From contig NC_067403.1 in assembly GCF_016432865.1 (NCBI RefSeq), positions 244,466,001 to 244,530,000 of the forward strand: a stretch of 64,000 nt of DNA, read 5' to 3'. This stretch comes from Antechinus flavipes. Lineage: Eukaryota. Positions 1 through 12,500 of the stretch are shown here, one piece after another (the stretch's first letter is position 1; each line of letters starts with the position of its first letter). The notes beneath the pieces were generated by a model. The model made no database searches, had not been told where the DNA came from, and worked only from the letters and a program-made list of their open reading frames with translations. The translations under genes and the position numbers were made by a program.

Positions 1-700
1 AGTGTTAGATAAATGCTGCTTATAATTTTAAGGAAAACACCATTTATTTCTATGCTCTGTAGTATTGTTAATAGAAATGAATGCTATATATATGTTTTTT
101 TTCTTTTTTGCATCAACTTAGACTATCTTATGACTTCTGTTAGTTTGGTTATTGCTATAGTCAAATTATGCCAGTAGTTTTGCAAATATTGAATGAATCT
201 TACATTCCTAAAGTTGATTTTCTGATGAGACAGTTCACATTTTCTACATTTTCCCCATTTCTTTTGAATTTGTTTTATTGTTTCGCATGGAGTCAATAGT
301 TTCCATGTACTCAATTCTAATTATGAGTGAATTATTTTCTTCCCTAAGCTTTTGTTTCATTTTCTAATTAGCCACTTTTAAGGTATTATTCTGTTCACTA
401 TATATTTGTACCTCTTTTACAAAGCTATTTTTTCTTGTTTTGTCCTTATTTTCTCCCTAACGTTTCCTCTACTACCCTTATCTCTCTTTAATTTTTAAAG
501 GGATTCTTATTGAGCATTTTTGAAGCTTTATAGTCTCTTTACATAATTTTCCTTTTCTGAGTTTTTGAATTCTTCTTCGCTCCCACTTTAATAGGGAGCT
601 TTAATAGGTTTTTATGGTAAAACCCTCCTCCTTTGTTGGATTATTGTTCATTCCTTTTTCCAGCATTTTTTGAATTTTAACTTAGAACCTATCTGGCAGG
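1..700 (-). mobile_element. Degraded L1 ORF1 fragment (antisense)
   Basis: 275-350 (ttgttttattgtttcgcatggagtcaatagtttccatgtactcaattctaattatgagtgaattattttcttc) aligns by eye with the L1 ORF1 antisense sequence at ~41835-41910; boundaries approximate. Confidence 0.5.
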
Positions 701-1285
701 CACTTTTCTAATCTTCAGACTTTTTTTGTTGTATTGTTGTTTTAAAGTTAAATAAGTGGCTTGAATTGGAAACTAATAAATGAAATAAATAAAATACATT
801 TTAAAAAGTAATGATATATTTATTCAGTGAATGTGGAGAAAAATGGAAATCATGCAGACTTGAATAAGGAGAGCATATATGTATGTATATACACACATTA
901 TATATAATAATTATTACAATGTAAATTTAAAAAATAACAACACAAACAAATAAAAAGTGAACAAAATAGCCTTATAAATATAAATTAGGACTCATATGTA
1001 GAGTTAGGATAAGATACCCACAACTTATCTCTTCATGGAGGTGGAAAATCAACATAGATATAATACATTGCACATATTTTTATACTTTTCAAACATATCA
1101 ATAAGTTATTTGTCTTTTTTTTCTAAAATGCCCTGCCATTGGGGGATGGCTTTCTTGAAGGTTAAGGGGAACACATGTGGATGCTATAATGAAGTAGGAA
1201 AACCAAAAATAAAAACCAATTAAAACATTTTTAATCTGTCCCAGAAACAAATTTTACTGTCATTCTTTAGAAACCAGAATGAAGA

Positions 1286-1673
1286 TTTTTTTTTAATTTT
1301 GAAAAAAAAAAAAAAAAAAACCTTTACAACATTACCCCTTCTACTCATTTCTGTTCCGACTTCATTTCTCCCTCCCTCTACCCTCTCCCCCAGATGGCAA
1401 GCAGTCCTATACATGTTGAATATGTCACAGTATATCCTAGATACTATATATATATGCAGAACTGAACAGTTCTCTTGTAGCACAGGAAGAATTGGATTCA
1501 GAAGGTAAAAATAGCCCAGGAAGAAAAACAAAAATGCAAACAGTTTACATTCATTTCCCAGTGTTCTTTCTTTGGGTGTAGCTGCTTCTGTCCATTATTG
1601 ATCAATTGAAACTGAGTTAGATCTTCTCTTTGTCAAATACATTTCTTCTGTCAGAATACATCCTCATACAGTA
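1286..1673 (-). mobile_element. 5'-truncated L1 3' end with 11-bp TSD
   Basis: Same 3'UTR family as 31216-31403 and 56288-56900 (ccc(c/t)agatgg(c/a)a(a/g)gcagtcc); poly-T at left end; TSD cagaatgaaga at 1275-1285 and 1674-1684. Confidence 0.9.
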
Positions 1674-1849
1674 CAGAATGAAGAAATTTAAATATTGCTG
1701 TTAAACTATTTAATTGACTCAAATTTGGAAATTCAACCCATTACCCACAAATGGGGCAAAAGACAATACAAACAATACACAGTGTCATTAAAAGCAAAAT
1801 CTTTTAATTTTTAGAACATTTACTCAAATACAAAATGCATAAATTCCTT

Positions 1850-2390
1850 GTCCCCCAAACTGGCAAACTTGGTGTCATCCTAGATCTGTCACTTTGTCTC
1901 CAATATTCTTTAGTACTCTTATCTAATTGTTTACTCTTGGTTCTAACTTTGTAGAACCCCTTCTATATGTAACCTTCTCTCCTCTAACACTATCCTGTTT
2001 TAAGCCCTCATATTTCACAGTTAGATTATTGTCATAGACTCCTGGATATACTTCTTGCCACAAGTCTTTTCCAATTCAGGTTGTCATCCACTCAGCCATA
2101 AAAGTACACCACCAGATTCACCATGACCCCCACCTAAACTCAATAATTTCTAGGGTATCACCTACACAATCCCCCCATAATCTTTCCAATCTTATATCTT
2201 GTCCCTTCTAAGTGATCTCTGATCTAGTGACCTTGACAAACTTACTATTACTTGAATAATACACTCCATTGGTTGTCCCCCTTGTATGAAAATATTTCCT
2301 TCCTTTTCTTTGCTCCTTCGCTTCTTCACATTGTTTCAAAGACTCAGTATCTACCACAAAGTATGCATTGAATAAATGTGTATTGGATAT
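1850..2390 (+). mobile_element. L2 LINE 3' fragment
   Basis: aaacttggtgtcatcctagat...ttagattattgtcatagactcctgg...gcattgaataaatgtgtattg follows the L2 RT-end/3'UTR pattern. Confidence 0.7.
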
Positions 2391-3231
2391 TTAAAAATAG
2401 CAACACAGTAAATTTTTTTGTTTGATATATCAAGTATGATTTACATTCATTCCTCTTGGGTGATTAAACCATTCCAAGAGTTTTCTGGCACCCACCTTAA
2501 GACTTAACAGCTTAAAAGTTGGTTATCTTCAGGTAAAATTATTCTTACAGATTCCAGTACAGTCTGTCATTATGTTCTCCTAAAACTGTAAGATATGAGA
2601 ATCCAACTTTGTGCTTATATTTAATAGTCAACAAATAAACCTAACTAGCTAAAGTCAAGCACATTCATTAAAATTGCATATTTAGAGCAATAGCTTTGTA
2701 AGATAAACATCTTTGCCCCATGACAATGAATCTGGGTCACATTCTCATAAACATTCAACATTGCATGAAAACAATTTTTGATTGCACTGTTTTCCAAATT
2801 TTGCCTTTTTCACCATCTAATTTTAAATGTTTAGGTAGCATGAATCTTATTTAAGTGTCCTTGAAAATTTTGCAAGATTAAAACAAAATCTATACAAGTT
2901 TTCTACTTAATAACCATTATTGCTGATTTTCCTTATTAAGATTATTGTATCCCTGCTTGACAAATACATACAAACTAACAGACAGATATTTATTTGGTAA
3001 ATAGAAGAACCAATAGATCAATAGACAGATAAATATAAACAAATTATTATATTAGTTGTTAAATTCTTTAACAATTATTATACTTATATTAGGCTAATAG
3101 TACTTGAGATAAAAGTAAAATCAATAGAGATAATTATTATCCTGACTGAGTATACAATGCAATAGAGGAAGATAACATAAAAAAAAAAAAGTTGTATGTT
3201 GGGGTTGGGTGGCTATTTGTACCTGTGTATG

Positions 3232-3465
3232 CCAGCATCTAGGTGACATAATGGATAGAATGTTGGATCTGGAATCATGAAGACTTTTCTTTATGAGTCC
3301 ACATGCTTATTAGCTGTATGTGACCATGGACAAGTTATTGAACTCTATTTACCTCACTTTCTTATTTGCAAAAGGAGAAAGAAATGGCAAACTCAAGAAT
3401 CTTTGCCAAGAAAACTCCAACTGGGGTCACAAAAAGTTGAATATGATAGAAATAACCAAACAAAA
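3232..3465 (+). mobile_element. Mar1-like marsupial CORE-SINE
   Basis: tRNA-like head, core (tagctgtatgtgaccatggacaagt) and Mar1-type tail (gaaatggcaaac...ctttgccaagaaaactccaactggggtcac). Confidence 0.85.
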
Positions 3466-3469
3466 ATAA

Positions 3470-3740
3470 ATGTATATGTATAAGTTTATAGGTATGTGTA
3501 TATGTATGTGTGTGTGTACATACATACATAACGCACACATATATATATCAAACACACACACATATATATATATGTTCCACACATGTCTGCATGTGTGTAC
3601 TATTTGTGTATATGTATATAAATTCATTGTATATTATATATTTATATAAATTTATGTACCTTCATATATATTTTTTATGTACACATGTATGTTTATGTCT
3701 GTATCTAGTTATCTATGTGTATATATCTATTAATATATTG
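3470..3740. repeat. TA/TG/CA low-complexity tract
   Basis: Degenerate (TA)n/(TG)n/(CA)n repeats; a similar tract lies at 4280-4500. Confidence 0.85.
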
Positions 3741-4927
3741 ATTGTTCTTCCTTTCCTTTCCATAACATTAATAATATTATCATTGTCACCTACATTTCAA
3801 TACCTTGATGAATAGAATACATCAATCTATAGATTTTCTAACTGATTGTAAAGAAGACATATTTTTCCCCAGGTACAATTTGATTTAGAGAACATCTGAT
3901 TACCCTTCAATCATAAGTGCCTTTGAATTGTTATAAAAGAGAAATAATAGTCATTCAATCATCATATTGTGCATTATTAATTTTTCCTTCATTTAATAGG
4001 ATTTTCTCCTCTTTAATCTATGGTTTTCTCATTTTGCAAACTGCCAAAAAGTTATGAATGACACATTATTGCTAAAAGTATTTGTCAGTTTCTTTTTTTT
4101 TTCTAAAGATTCAAAGCTCTTGTAATGAAACACATTTTAATAATGAGAGATATTTCTTTTATGTAAATTAATTTGTCAAAACGCCTAATATATCTTTTTG
4201 TTTCAGGATTTTATAAAGAAAAAAAAATTCCTTCTCTTCACTTAGCACAGAGAGAATATATGCATTCATAATTACATACCTACATATATATGTATGTGTG
4301 TGTGATTATGTGTGTGTGTGTGTGTATATATATATATACACACAGAGAAAGAAACAGATATAGATTTATATCTATGAAGATATTTATATCTACATAGATA
4401 TAGTGAAATAGAAAGATAGATATAGGTAGGATATGTATATATCTATATCCATTTATATACACATATATACATATATGTATATATGTGTATTTATATAAGA
4501 TTTTGAATAGTTCTGTATTAAAAGTCAGTTCATTTTCAAGGATGTTAATTTTTTTTATAGGTCACAGAAATATTAGGGATATATTCTGTATTTTGAAAAT
4601 AATCCTCATTTAAGATATTTTTATACCATCCTCAAATTCTCAGCCTTGACTTGGCAATAAATGTGGAAATTCTTTTCCAGTATATTTAGTAATATATGAT
4701 GATTTTCAAGAAACCATCAGTTCTTTAGAAGTAGAGCTTTAACTGTTATTTGAAAATTTTCTTGAATAATTTATAGACAAGGCTGATATCAAACTTACAA
4801 TTTGAAGAGATGTCCCAAAGCCTTGAGATTATTAGAAAAGGAAAGGTTTCAGAGCCAGGTAATTTTTGTAGGAACTTTGGAATAAATATACCTAAGATGA
4901 GTTGAATTATTGTTTTAATGATCCCAG

Positions 4928-5851
4928 TCACTTATATAATAATTTTTTTAATGCCAACACAACATCTTTATTGCGCAGACTGTATATGATGGGGTTAAAC
5001 ATTGGGGTCACAGTGGTATAGATGATAGAGAGCACTTTGTCTAGTACTTCTAAGTGACTAGAACTAGGTCGCAAATATGTAATGATACCACATCCAAAGT
5101 AAAGAGCCACAACTATAAGGTGAGAGGAACAAGTAGAAAAGGCTTTTGATCTCCCCTTGTTTGCTGGAACCTTTAGGATGGTTGTGATGATTTTCACATA
5201 TGACCAAACTATCAACAGGAAGGGAAGCATTCCAAGCATCAAGACAATAGCATAAAAAGAGAATTCATTTGCAGAGGTATCCCCACAGGCCAATTTCAGT
5301 AATGGGCGAATATCACAAAAAATATGATTGAGATTTTTGGATGCACAGAAAGGCAAAGAGAAAATCAAATATGTCAGCAATATATGAACTGGGATGCCAC
5401 TGATCCAAGAGCCAACCACCAGAGAGACACACACTCTGTGGTTCATGATAAGAGGATAATTCAAAGGCTTACAAATGGCAACATAGCGATCATAGGCCAT
5501 TACAGTAAGGAGAAAGTTTTCCGTGATTGCCATAACAAAAAAAGCACAAAATTGGACTGCACAGGCTTGAAAAGAGATATTTCTCTTCTGTGTCCATAGA
5601 CTAACCAATATCCTTGGAAGAATGACTGAAGTATAGCAGATTTCCAAAAAGGAAAAATTCCTGAGGAAAAAATACATAGGGGTTTGAAGTGTAGGCTCAA
5701 TTTTGGTAATTACAATGATAAGTCCATTTCCCAACAGGATCCCAGTGTAGATGATCAAGAAAAGTCCAAACAGGAAACCTTGAAGGTTGGGAAGGTCAGA
5801 AAATCCCAAGAGTGTGAATTCCACTATGAGAGAGAAATTTGCTTCTGCCAT
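4928..5851 (-). CDS. OR10AG1-like: Olfactory receptor, class II, OR10AG1-like (OR-1), 307 aa, intact
   Basis: N-glycosylation site NFS; motifs GN, LQTPMYFFL, MAYDRYVAICKPL, three EL2 Cys, SY, KAFSTCSSHL, PMFNPIIYSLRNKDV; uninterrupted ORF. Confidence 0.95.
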   Translation of the reverse strand: MAEANFSLIVEFTLLGFSDLPNLQGFLFGLFLIIYTGILLGNGLIIVITKIEPTLQTPMYFFLRNFSFLEICYTSVILPRILVSLWTQKRNISFQACAVQFCAFFVMAITENFLLTVMAYDRYVAICKPLNYPLIMNHRVCVSLVVGSWISGIPVHILLTYLIFSLPFCASKNLNHIFCDIRPLLKLACGDTSANEFSFYAIVLMLGMLPFLLIVWSYVKIITTILKVPANKGRSKAFSTCSSHLIVVALYFGCGIITYLRPSSSHLEVLDKVLSIIYTTVTPMFNPIIYSLRNKDVVLALKKLLYK

Positions 5852-7369
5852 TTGTTCTGAGTATTAAATCTCTGGAAATTGTGACTTTAGGTTGACAAAG
5901 CACCTTCTTTCTCCCTGGGCCTCAAGTTTTCTTTAAAAAAAAAAAAAAAAAAAGAATGAAATGGTTGCAGTGAATCATTTACTGGCTATGTTACAGCTCT
6001 CATTTTCTTGATTCTATTTACCAAGAAAATTTCCAGTTTTGACATTTAGTTTTCCCTTCACTAAGATCTTTTCTAGATGTAATAAGCATTGCACATGTGC
6101 AAAGCCTTTTCATATCTTCTAATTTTTTTTAACAATATTGTGTTCTAAGGCTTATTATATTTTAAATATTCTCTATTTCTGTAAACTTCAGATGTCTAGG
6201 TTAGAATTTAGTATTAGAGATGAATTAAGAAATTATTCCAAATTTTACAAATGCAAATTGATATTTATTCATCATTTGAAATTTGTGTTTTCATGATCAG
6301 GTCACAAAGTTCAGAAAAAAAAGATGGAAATGTAAAACCTTTGTTCCAAACTCTTCACTTTATAAGTATATAGATTAAGGGTCACTCTAGTTATATATTC
6401 TTCATATTTACAAAGGAAGAAAATGGCAGAAGCAGGGTTTATTTAATTCATTAATTCCAAATCCTATGTTTCAGTAAAGTAAGTTGTCCCTAATGTCTGT
6501 AAATGCTAATAAGAATAGAAAGAGGGAAAAGAGAGATGATAATCTATCCAAAAAAAATATAACTTTTAAGTAATACTCTTATCTTCCTATCTGACTTAAC
6601 ATTTGCTATACTGTAAGGTAAAGTTTTCAACAACCCTTCTTTATTTATCTAGGGGCACACATAGGGGCTTCTCTTTTTATCCTTCATTTTTTTTTAATGT
6701 ATTCATGTAGGTATTTGCATTGATTAAGGGCAGAAACTGTTTCTCTATCACTTTATCTGCCTTGCAGCATGGCCTATATAAGGTAAGGACAAATTTCATG
6801 CTTATTGGTGTAAAGGTTGGGTTGTTTTGATGAGAATATTTATAAAGTATTAAGAATATTTCCTATAAATGGGGACACCTTATTTATTGGTGCAGAAATT
6901 CCAAGTTTAGATATTCATTCAGTGGAGGGAAAGTATATACTCTTTTAATGAGCACTAGAACAATGACTATTCAGTCATCATCTGAAAATAATATTCTACT
7001 ATGAATGCATATGAGATCTAGTGTGATACTGCTAGGTGAACAAAGTTTTAAAGCATTTAGAGATAAAAGATGCTATTATCTTTGATAAAGAACAGTGTAA
7101 AATGAGAACTACTTCCAGTATTCTGTTGTGGGCCACAAAGACTGATTAGATCCCCCAGATATTGTGATAGACAAATAAAATAATTTAGGTGAAAGGTCAT
7201 GAACTGATAAATTGCATAAACAAAATAATAAAATAATGTGCTACATCTCCATTATCAGAGGATATTATACTCTTACCTACAGATGCTCTTGAAAGCATGT
7301 TTTCCTCTTTTGTGTATCTGAACCCTCCTCTGATCCTCTTGGAGTTTATTGGCTAGATTGTGATAGCAT

Positions 7370-7625
7370 AATAAATTAGTCTTTTATTTTGAATATTTTT
7401 CCTGTTTTACCTGATTTTTATGCAATGTGATAAATATGTAAATATATTTAGAAAAACAGCATTTTTAATCAATATTGGATTGCTTATTGGGTTGGGGAGA
7501 GGGAAGGAGAAAGAAAAAAATTTTGAACACAAGATTTTGCAAAGGTGGATGTTGAAAACTATCTTTGAAAGAATTTGGAAAACAAAAATACTAGTAAAAT
7601 AAAAAAAAGCAAACAAATAAACAAA
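7370..7625 (+). mobile_element. L1 3' terminal fragment
   Basis: tattggattgcttattgggttggggagagggaaggag...ttttgaacacaagattttgcaaagg...gttgaaaac followed by an A-rich tail, like the ends at 28140-28286. Confidence 0.75.
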
Positions 7626-7649
7626 CAAACAAAAAAACAAATATAAGCA

Positions 7650-7960
7650 CCCTGGCATTTAGCATTGAAAGCTCTTCCAAATATGATCCTAAACTTCTTT
7701 TCATCTTTATAACCCAATAACTCCTTTCATACAAACTATAAAGAATCCAAACTGAGTGGGTGCCTTTTGGTTTTTATATTTCAGAAACCTCCCATCCCCA
7801 TGCCTTTGGGATAAATGTTTGGCATTTGTTGAGAGAACACCCCATTCACCCCTACCTCAGATTATAGTTTCCTTTCAAGGATCCTCTCATGCAACACTTT
7901 GACATCAACTTTGTCCTGATTCCCTTAGCTACAACTATTTCTGCCAGAAAGACATTGTTT
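7650..7960 (+). mobile_element. L2 fragment
   Basis: cctggcatttagcattgaaagctcttccaaatatgatcc...ccatgcctttg...cctttcaagg resembles the L2 3' region. Confidence 0.55.
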
Positions 7961-8069
7961 CTAATTGTATTTATTTGAATTATGCATATATGATGCCTAG
8001 GATTTCTATTGGCCTTTAACGTTTTCACAGATGTTAAAATATCTAATTTTATGGTTGAAATACTACTGG

Positions 8070-8220
8070 GATGTAAATGCTATTTTTATTTCCATTTTTA
8101 AAATGATAATACTGAAGCAGGCAGGCAGATAGAGGTTAAGGGATTTGTCTAGACTCACAGATCTAATTAATGGTAGAATTTGGATTGACAACTATTTTTA
8201 TACCAAGTTCAGCACTCTGT
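8070..8220 (-). mobile_element. MIR SINE
   Basis: ccatttttaaaatgataatactgaagca...agaggttaagggatttgtctagactcacag is the reverse-complement MIR core. Confidence 0.65.
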
Positions 8221-8984
8221 GTTTCATATATATAAATATATAGATAGATAGATACACATTTTTTCATCTAGCAAAAGATAATAAGACATTTGAGGACAAT
8301 GTTTCATTTTTATCTTTCATCCCTAATGACAGTCACATAATAGTTTAATTAATCTTTGTTGATTAATTAAAGAATTGTTCTCTTTTAAGTTGTACCCTCA
8401 TTTTGTAATTTTTTTTTGTTATGGTATAATAATGGTGACCAATCATTTATATGCATATACATCGGGGCATTCTCTGTATTACTTTATGTTTTTGAGAAAG
8501 AGATATTTGAGCAATATTTTATTAGATTTTATTCATAATTTATATTTGAAAAATAAGTCCCAACTAAATAAGAATTTTTTTAATTCAGTAGCAATTTACA
8601 TAACTATACATACATATATATATATATATATATAAATGTATAAATTATTTGGAGGCAATATTTATCCTCTCATAATTTGGAAGTACTCTTAGAAACCATT
8701 TAATCCTAAAAAGGTTCTTAAGTAAGAAAATTGAGATAATAAAAACTTTCTCATACCTTGAAGGTTCCTAGAGGAATTAAATAATTAAAGCATATTGATG
8801 TATACATACATATTTGTTGCTCTTTAAAAGTTATCCTTCCCCAATTTTTCTGATGAGAAAGCCTCCAAACTCTTTTTAAAAATGTACTTTTGGTTCAAAC
8901 TACTTAGATCTCTTTAAGTACAAGATACCCATGCTCTATTCTGCTCTATAGAGACAATTTTCTTCCCAGAACATTTTTTTTTTT

Positions 8985-8998
8985 ACTTTTTAATGAGA
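8985..8998. promoter_or_regulatory. Homeodomain (Lhx2-type) OR promoter motif ACTTTTTAATGAGA upstream of OR-1
   Basis: 12/13 match to the H/P-element 13-mer AACTTTTTAATGA; minus-strand donor AAG|GTATGA at 8756, 229 nt downstream. Confidence 0.6.
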
Positions 8999-9049
8999 GG
9001 GAAAAATTCAGTCTCTAAGTTCAGTGTTGTAAACATATTGTAATGAGGC

Positions 9050-9270
9050 AATGCTGTCTAAGGAAAGGGGCTCTGGGACTGCAATTACACAGCTTTAGTT
9101 AGGTCCTGATACTTACAAGCTGTGTGACCTTAACAAGTCAGTAACTTCTCTGAAATTATTTCCATTTCAGTAAAAGATAATGATAACACTGATTTATCTT
9201 GATTCCTAGGATAATCATGAGAAAAACATTTTGGAAAAGTTGGAATGACTTACATATATCAGTTATTATT
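9050..9270 (+). mobile_element. MIR SINE
   Basis: acttacaagctgtgtgaccttaacaagtcagtaacttctctga core and agttattatt tail. Confidence 0.75.
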
Positions 9271-9758
9271 AATTGTGGCAATAATAATGAATTCCTTTCC
9301 CTCCTCCCAGTTAATTAAATTAAAGTCAAATGTGATTTATCAACATTGCTGTACTCATTTGCTTCCTTCTCTTTGTGATAAATGATAAGTCCTTATTTCT
9401 CCTCTGATCCCTCTGTATCCTTGGAGGAATAAAAAAATCTTGATATTATTTTATAAAGTAGTCTCATATAATAGCTTTCTTTTAGCAATTCTCATCTCTT
9501 GTTTTTATTTTTACTTCCTTTCCTCACTTTGAATCCTTTAAAAGATCAACAAAACTTATTATTTAGTATCATAAGATAATCTAAGGAGAAATAGAGGATG
9601 TCATCTTTTTGTCTGATGACTTTGTTATATATGTGGACACTAAGATTCAAGAAATTTAATTGATCTGTCCTAAGATACACAAATAATGATAATATAAAAT
9701 CTATGGTGTTTTCACTTTTACAAAGCACATCATATATATATGATGTGCTTTGTAAATG

Positions 9759-9759
9759 C

Positions 9760-9792
<33 letters not shown>

Positions 9793-9805
9793 ATATATAT
9801 ATATG
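9759..9805. repeat. (TA)n microsatellite
   Basis: Near-perfect TA run; another at ~8610-8635. Confidence 0.9.
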
Positions 9806-11294
9806 ATATGCTTTGTAAAAGTGCTATCTATCTATCTATACCATATATATCAACATATCTTATTTGATACTAACAACTTCCCTTTCAACTTTTACATTAT
9901 TATACCTACCTTAAGAATATGAAACAAAGTTTGGGAGCCAATGGACACATAGAACTTATATAAGTAATCTTTGAAATATAAGTTTGAGACATATAAATAA
10001 ATAGTAGAATGCAAATCTTTCAGACTATAAATACAATTCTGCATCAGCCACCTGGTAATATGTCTCAGATAAAAACTTAGGTTCTCTGAATGCAATTTCA
10101 ACTTTATTTCTACTGCATTGTGTTATTAAAAGTTTCTTTTTTTCAATTTTTTTTTAAAATTCCTTCAAATCACTCATTAAGGGAGAAAAATGGAGCATTT
10201 GTAAGAACTCATTGAGATATTCCAGGTTTAGTTATACCCCTGGTATTCCAACTGTGTTTCATAAATATTTTTGGTTAATGTTGAAAAGGGTTGGGATGGG
10301 ATGATGGGATGAACATCCCATTATATAAATAAATAAAATAAATATTCATCTCTGGATGCAAGGTTCATCATCTATGTGTATTTAATGTGATGTTCCATAT
10401 ATTTCACTATCTAAAGCTATGATTAATATGTCAGAAGAGCCATGTGATTGACTGGGGGAAATTTCATTTTTTGAAGAGCTCTGCTTTTGCTCCCTGAGTA
10501 TTTTGTCACTTTGACCCTACTGGCTTATAATAAAAATATTGTTTAAAAAGATGATATATTTTTACTTGTCATGTATTATTAATGAAGATGACAATAACAC
10601 ATTCTTTGAAATAAAATGTCATGTCTTTGATAACAATTAACTTTTTTATTCCTAAATGTCAGTGATTAATGGAGTTAATCGGTATTTCAATTCATTAAGA
10701 TAATATCTTACTATCTTTGATAACAATTTTATTCTTTACAAATTTTGAATATATGAAATAAAGGATTACTGTCTGCAGTGGAAAGTGCATTTAATGTCAC
10801 TTGATTTAAATTATTTGGTTTCATTAAAATGATTATGATCTTATTTTTTTTTTTACAAACCAATGTTATACTTTCATTAACAGCTCAAATAAATTCTCAT
10901 AAGTTGTTTCATTATTTTTTTTAAGAAAAATAAACTTATTTGCTTGAGGTTGCTGGGCTAGGTTATATCTATTCCCACAGACTTTACTTTAAGAGTTGGA
11001 TCATGAAAATCTTCATTTTTTTTTCTTTTGTGATTGCTTTTTAAACTGAAATTGTTTCACTATTTTGCTAAAAAAATACAATTCCTAATAATTTACTTAT
11101 AATGTCTTTTAGAAATATTTCAAAATAGGTTTTGCTATTTCATTGTAGAAGTTCATTAAAAACACATTTTAATCCCTTTGGGAAATGATGTTTTAAGCAA
11201 TGGAGAAAAATGCTTATTTGTATAGATGTTCATAATTAGAACAAACATAATCTCAAAAATCTACTTATATTCTTTAATATTTATTTTTAGTTGC

Positions 11295-11550
11295 TTGGCA
11301 ATGAGATAGGACTAATAGAACATGAGTCAGAAGGGTTTGGGTTGAATTTTTTCCCTCTGATATTTAGTAGCTCTGTTCCTGAATGGGTCACTTACTCTTT
11401 CTCTCAGCTTCACTTTCCTTCTCTGTAAAATGGATTCAATGAGATAATGTTTTATTCACAGAGTAGCATTTGAAGATCAAATAAAAAAGCATATGTAAAT
11501 TATTTTAAAATCTTTGAAACACTATGTAAATGCTAGCTGTTATTGTTGCT
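11295..11550 (+). mobile_element. MIR SINE
   Basis: Core (tcacttactctttctctcagcttcactttccttctctgtaaaatgg) and tail (cactatgtaaatgctagctgttatt). Confidence 0.8.
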
Positions 11551-11804
11551 GCTATGGCTTCTATTTCTGTTATTGTTTTTAATGTAATTTTTCCTAGAAA
11601 ATGTGAGCTTGAACTCATTATATTTAGAAATGCATCAATTAATTTTAGTTAACTTGGTTTTAATGTAGGTATCCCAGTGTTATCTAATAAGTATCCATTG
11701 GATAAACAAAGAAAGAATACGGACTCTAATGGAGAGACAGAATGACTATTCTTGTTGGAAATTCAGTGTAAAACTTGGATGAGATTTTGTGAAGGTCCTT
11801 GAAG

Positions 11805-11805
<1 letters not shown>

Positions 11806-11835
<30 letters not shown>
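11806..11835. repeat. (TG)n microsatellite
   Basis: About 14 TG units. Confidence 0.9.
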
Positions 11836-11879
11836 GTGTATCTTTATTGAATTAAACCAGAAATCTTCAATCAGGGCTG

Positions 11880-12500
11880 TATATTTTAATTTCCAAAAAA
11901 GTGGGAGAAAATAGTATTTTTAAGTTTAATCAACAAGGGTTGATTTTAACTACTAGGAGAACATTATGTCACATCATTATAGAGTTGATCTAGAAAATAG
12001 GCCAATGTGTATAGAAACTGAGCAGGGATTCAACAACAATAGGTCAGGCCAGGTTATTCTTATTTCTATTTTTTTCTCTAAGGTTACTAAACTGTTAGAT
12101 GAGTCAAAAGATAGGAATAGTTTGTCTAGATTTTAGCAAAATTTCAATATTTTATGACATTATTGAAAAGAAAATGGAGACATAGATAAACTATGTCAAT
12201 GAGATTTATTTTGAAATGTCTGAACATGCACTATAGGATTATATCTCAACATGGTATACTGTTTTGAATGAAGGATATCAGGAATTAGCACTTGTCCCTG
12301 TTTTGTTTAACATTTTTTAAATCAATTATTTATTTATTTTTAATAAAGAGTTTAAATTCTGTGAATGCTTGTATGCTGGAAAGAAGAGGTAATTTACTCA
12401 ATAACAAAATTATAATCCAAAACAATCTTATCAATCTAGAGCATTAGAGTAAATCAAATAAGATGAAATTTTATGAGAATAAATTTATTATTACATTTGG
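11880..12500 (+). mobile_element. CR1/L3 LINE reverse-transcriptase fragment
   Basis: tctagattttagcaaa (LDFSK), ccctgttttgtttaacatttt (PVLFNIF) and aatccaaaacaatctt...aataagatgaaatttt follow the CR1 RT motif order. Confidence 0.7.

Noticed and set aside
4746-4931. 61-aa ORF overlapping the OR-1 stop codon (operon-like coupling)
   Set aside because: It starts at GTG, has no recognisable motif, and is expected by chance in an AT-rich 3'UTR of a eukaryotic gene.
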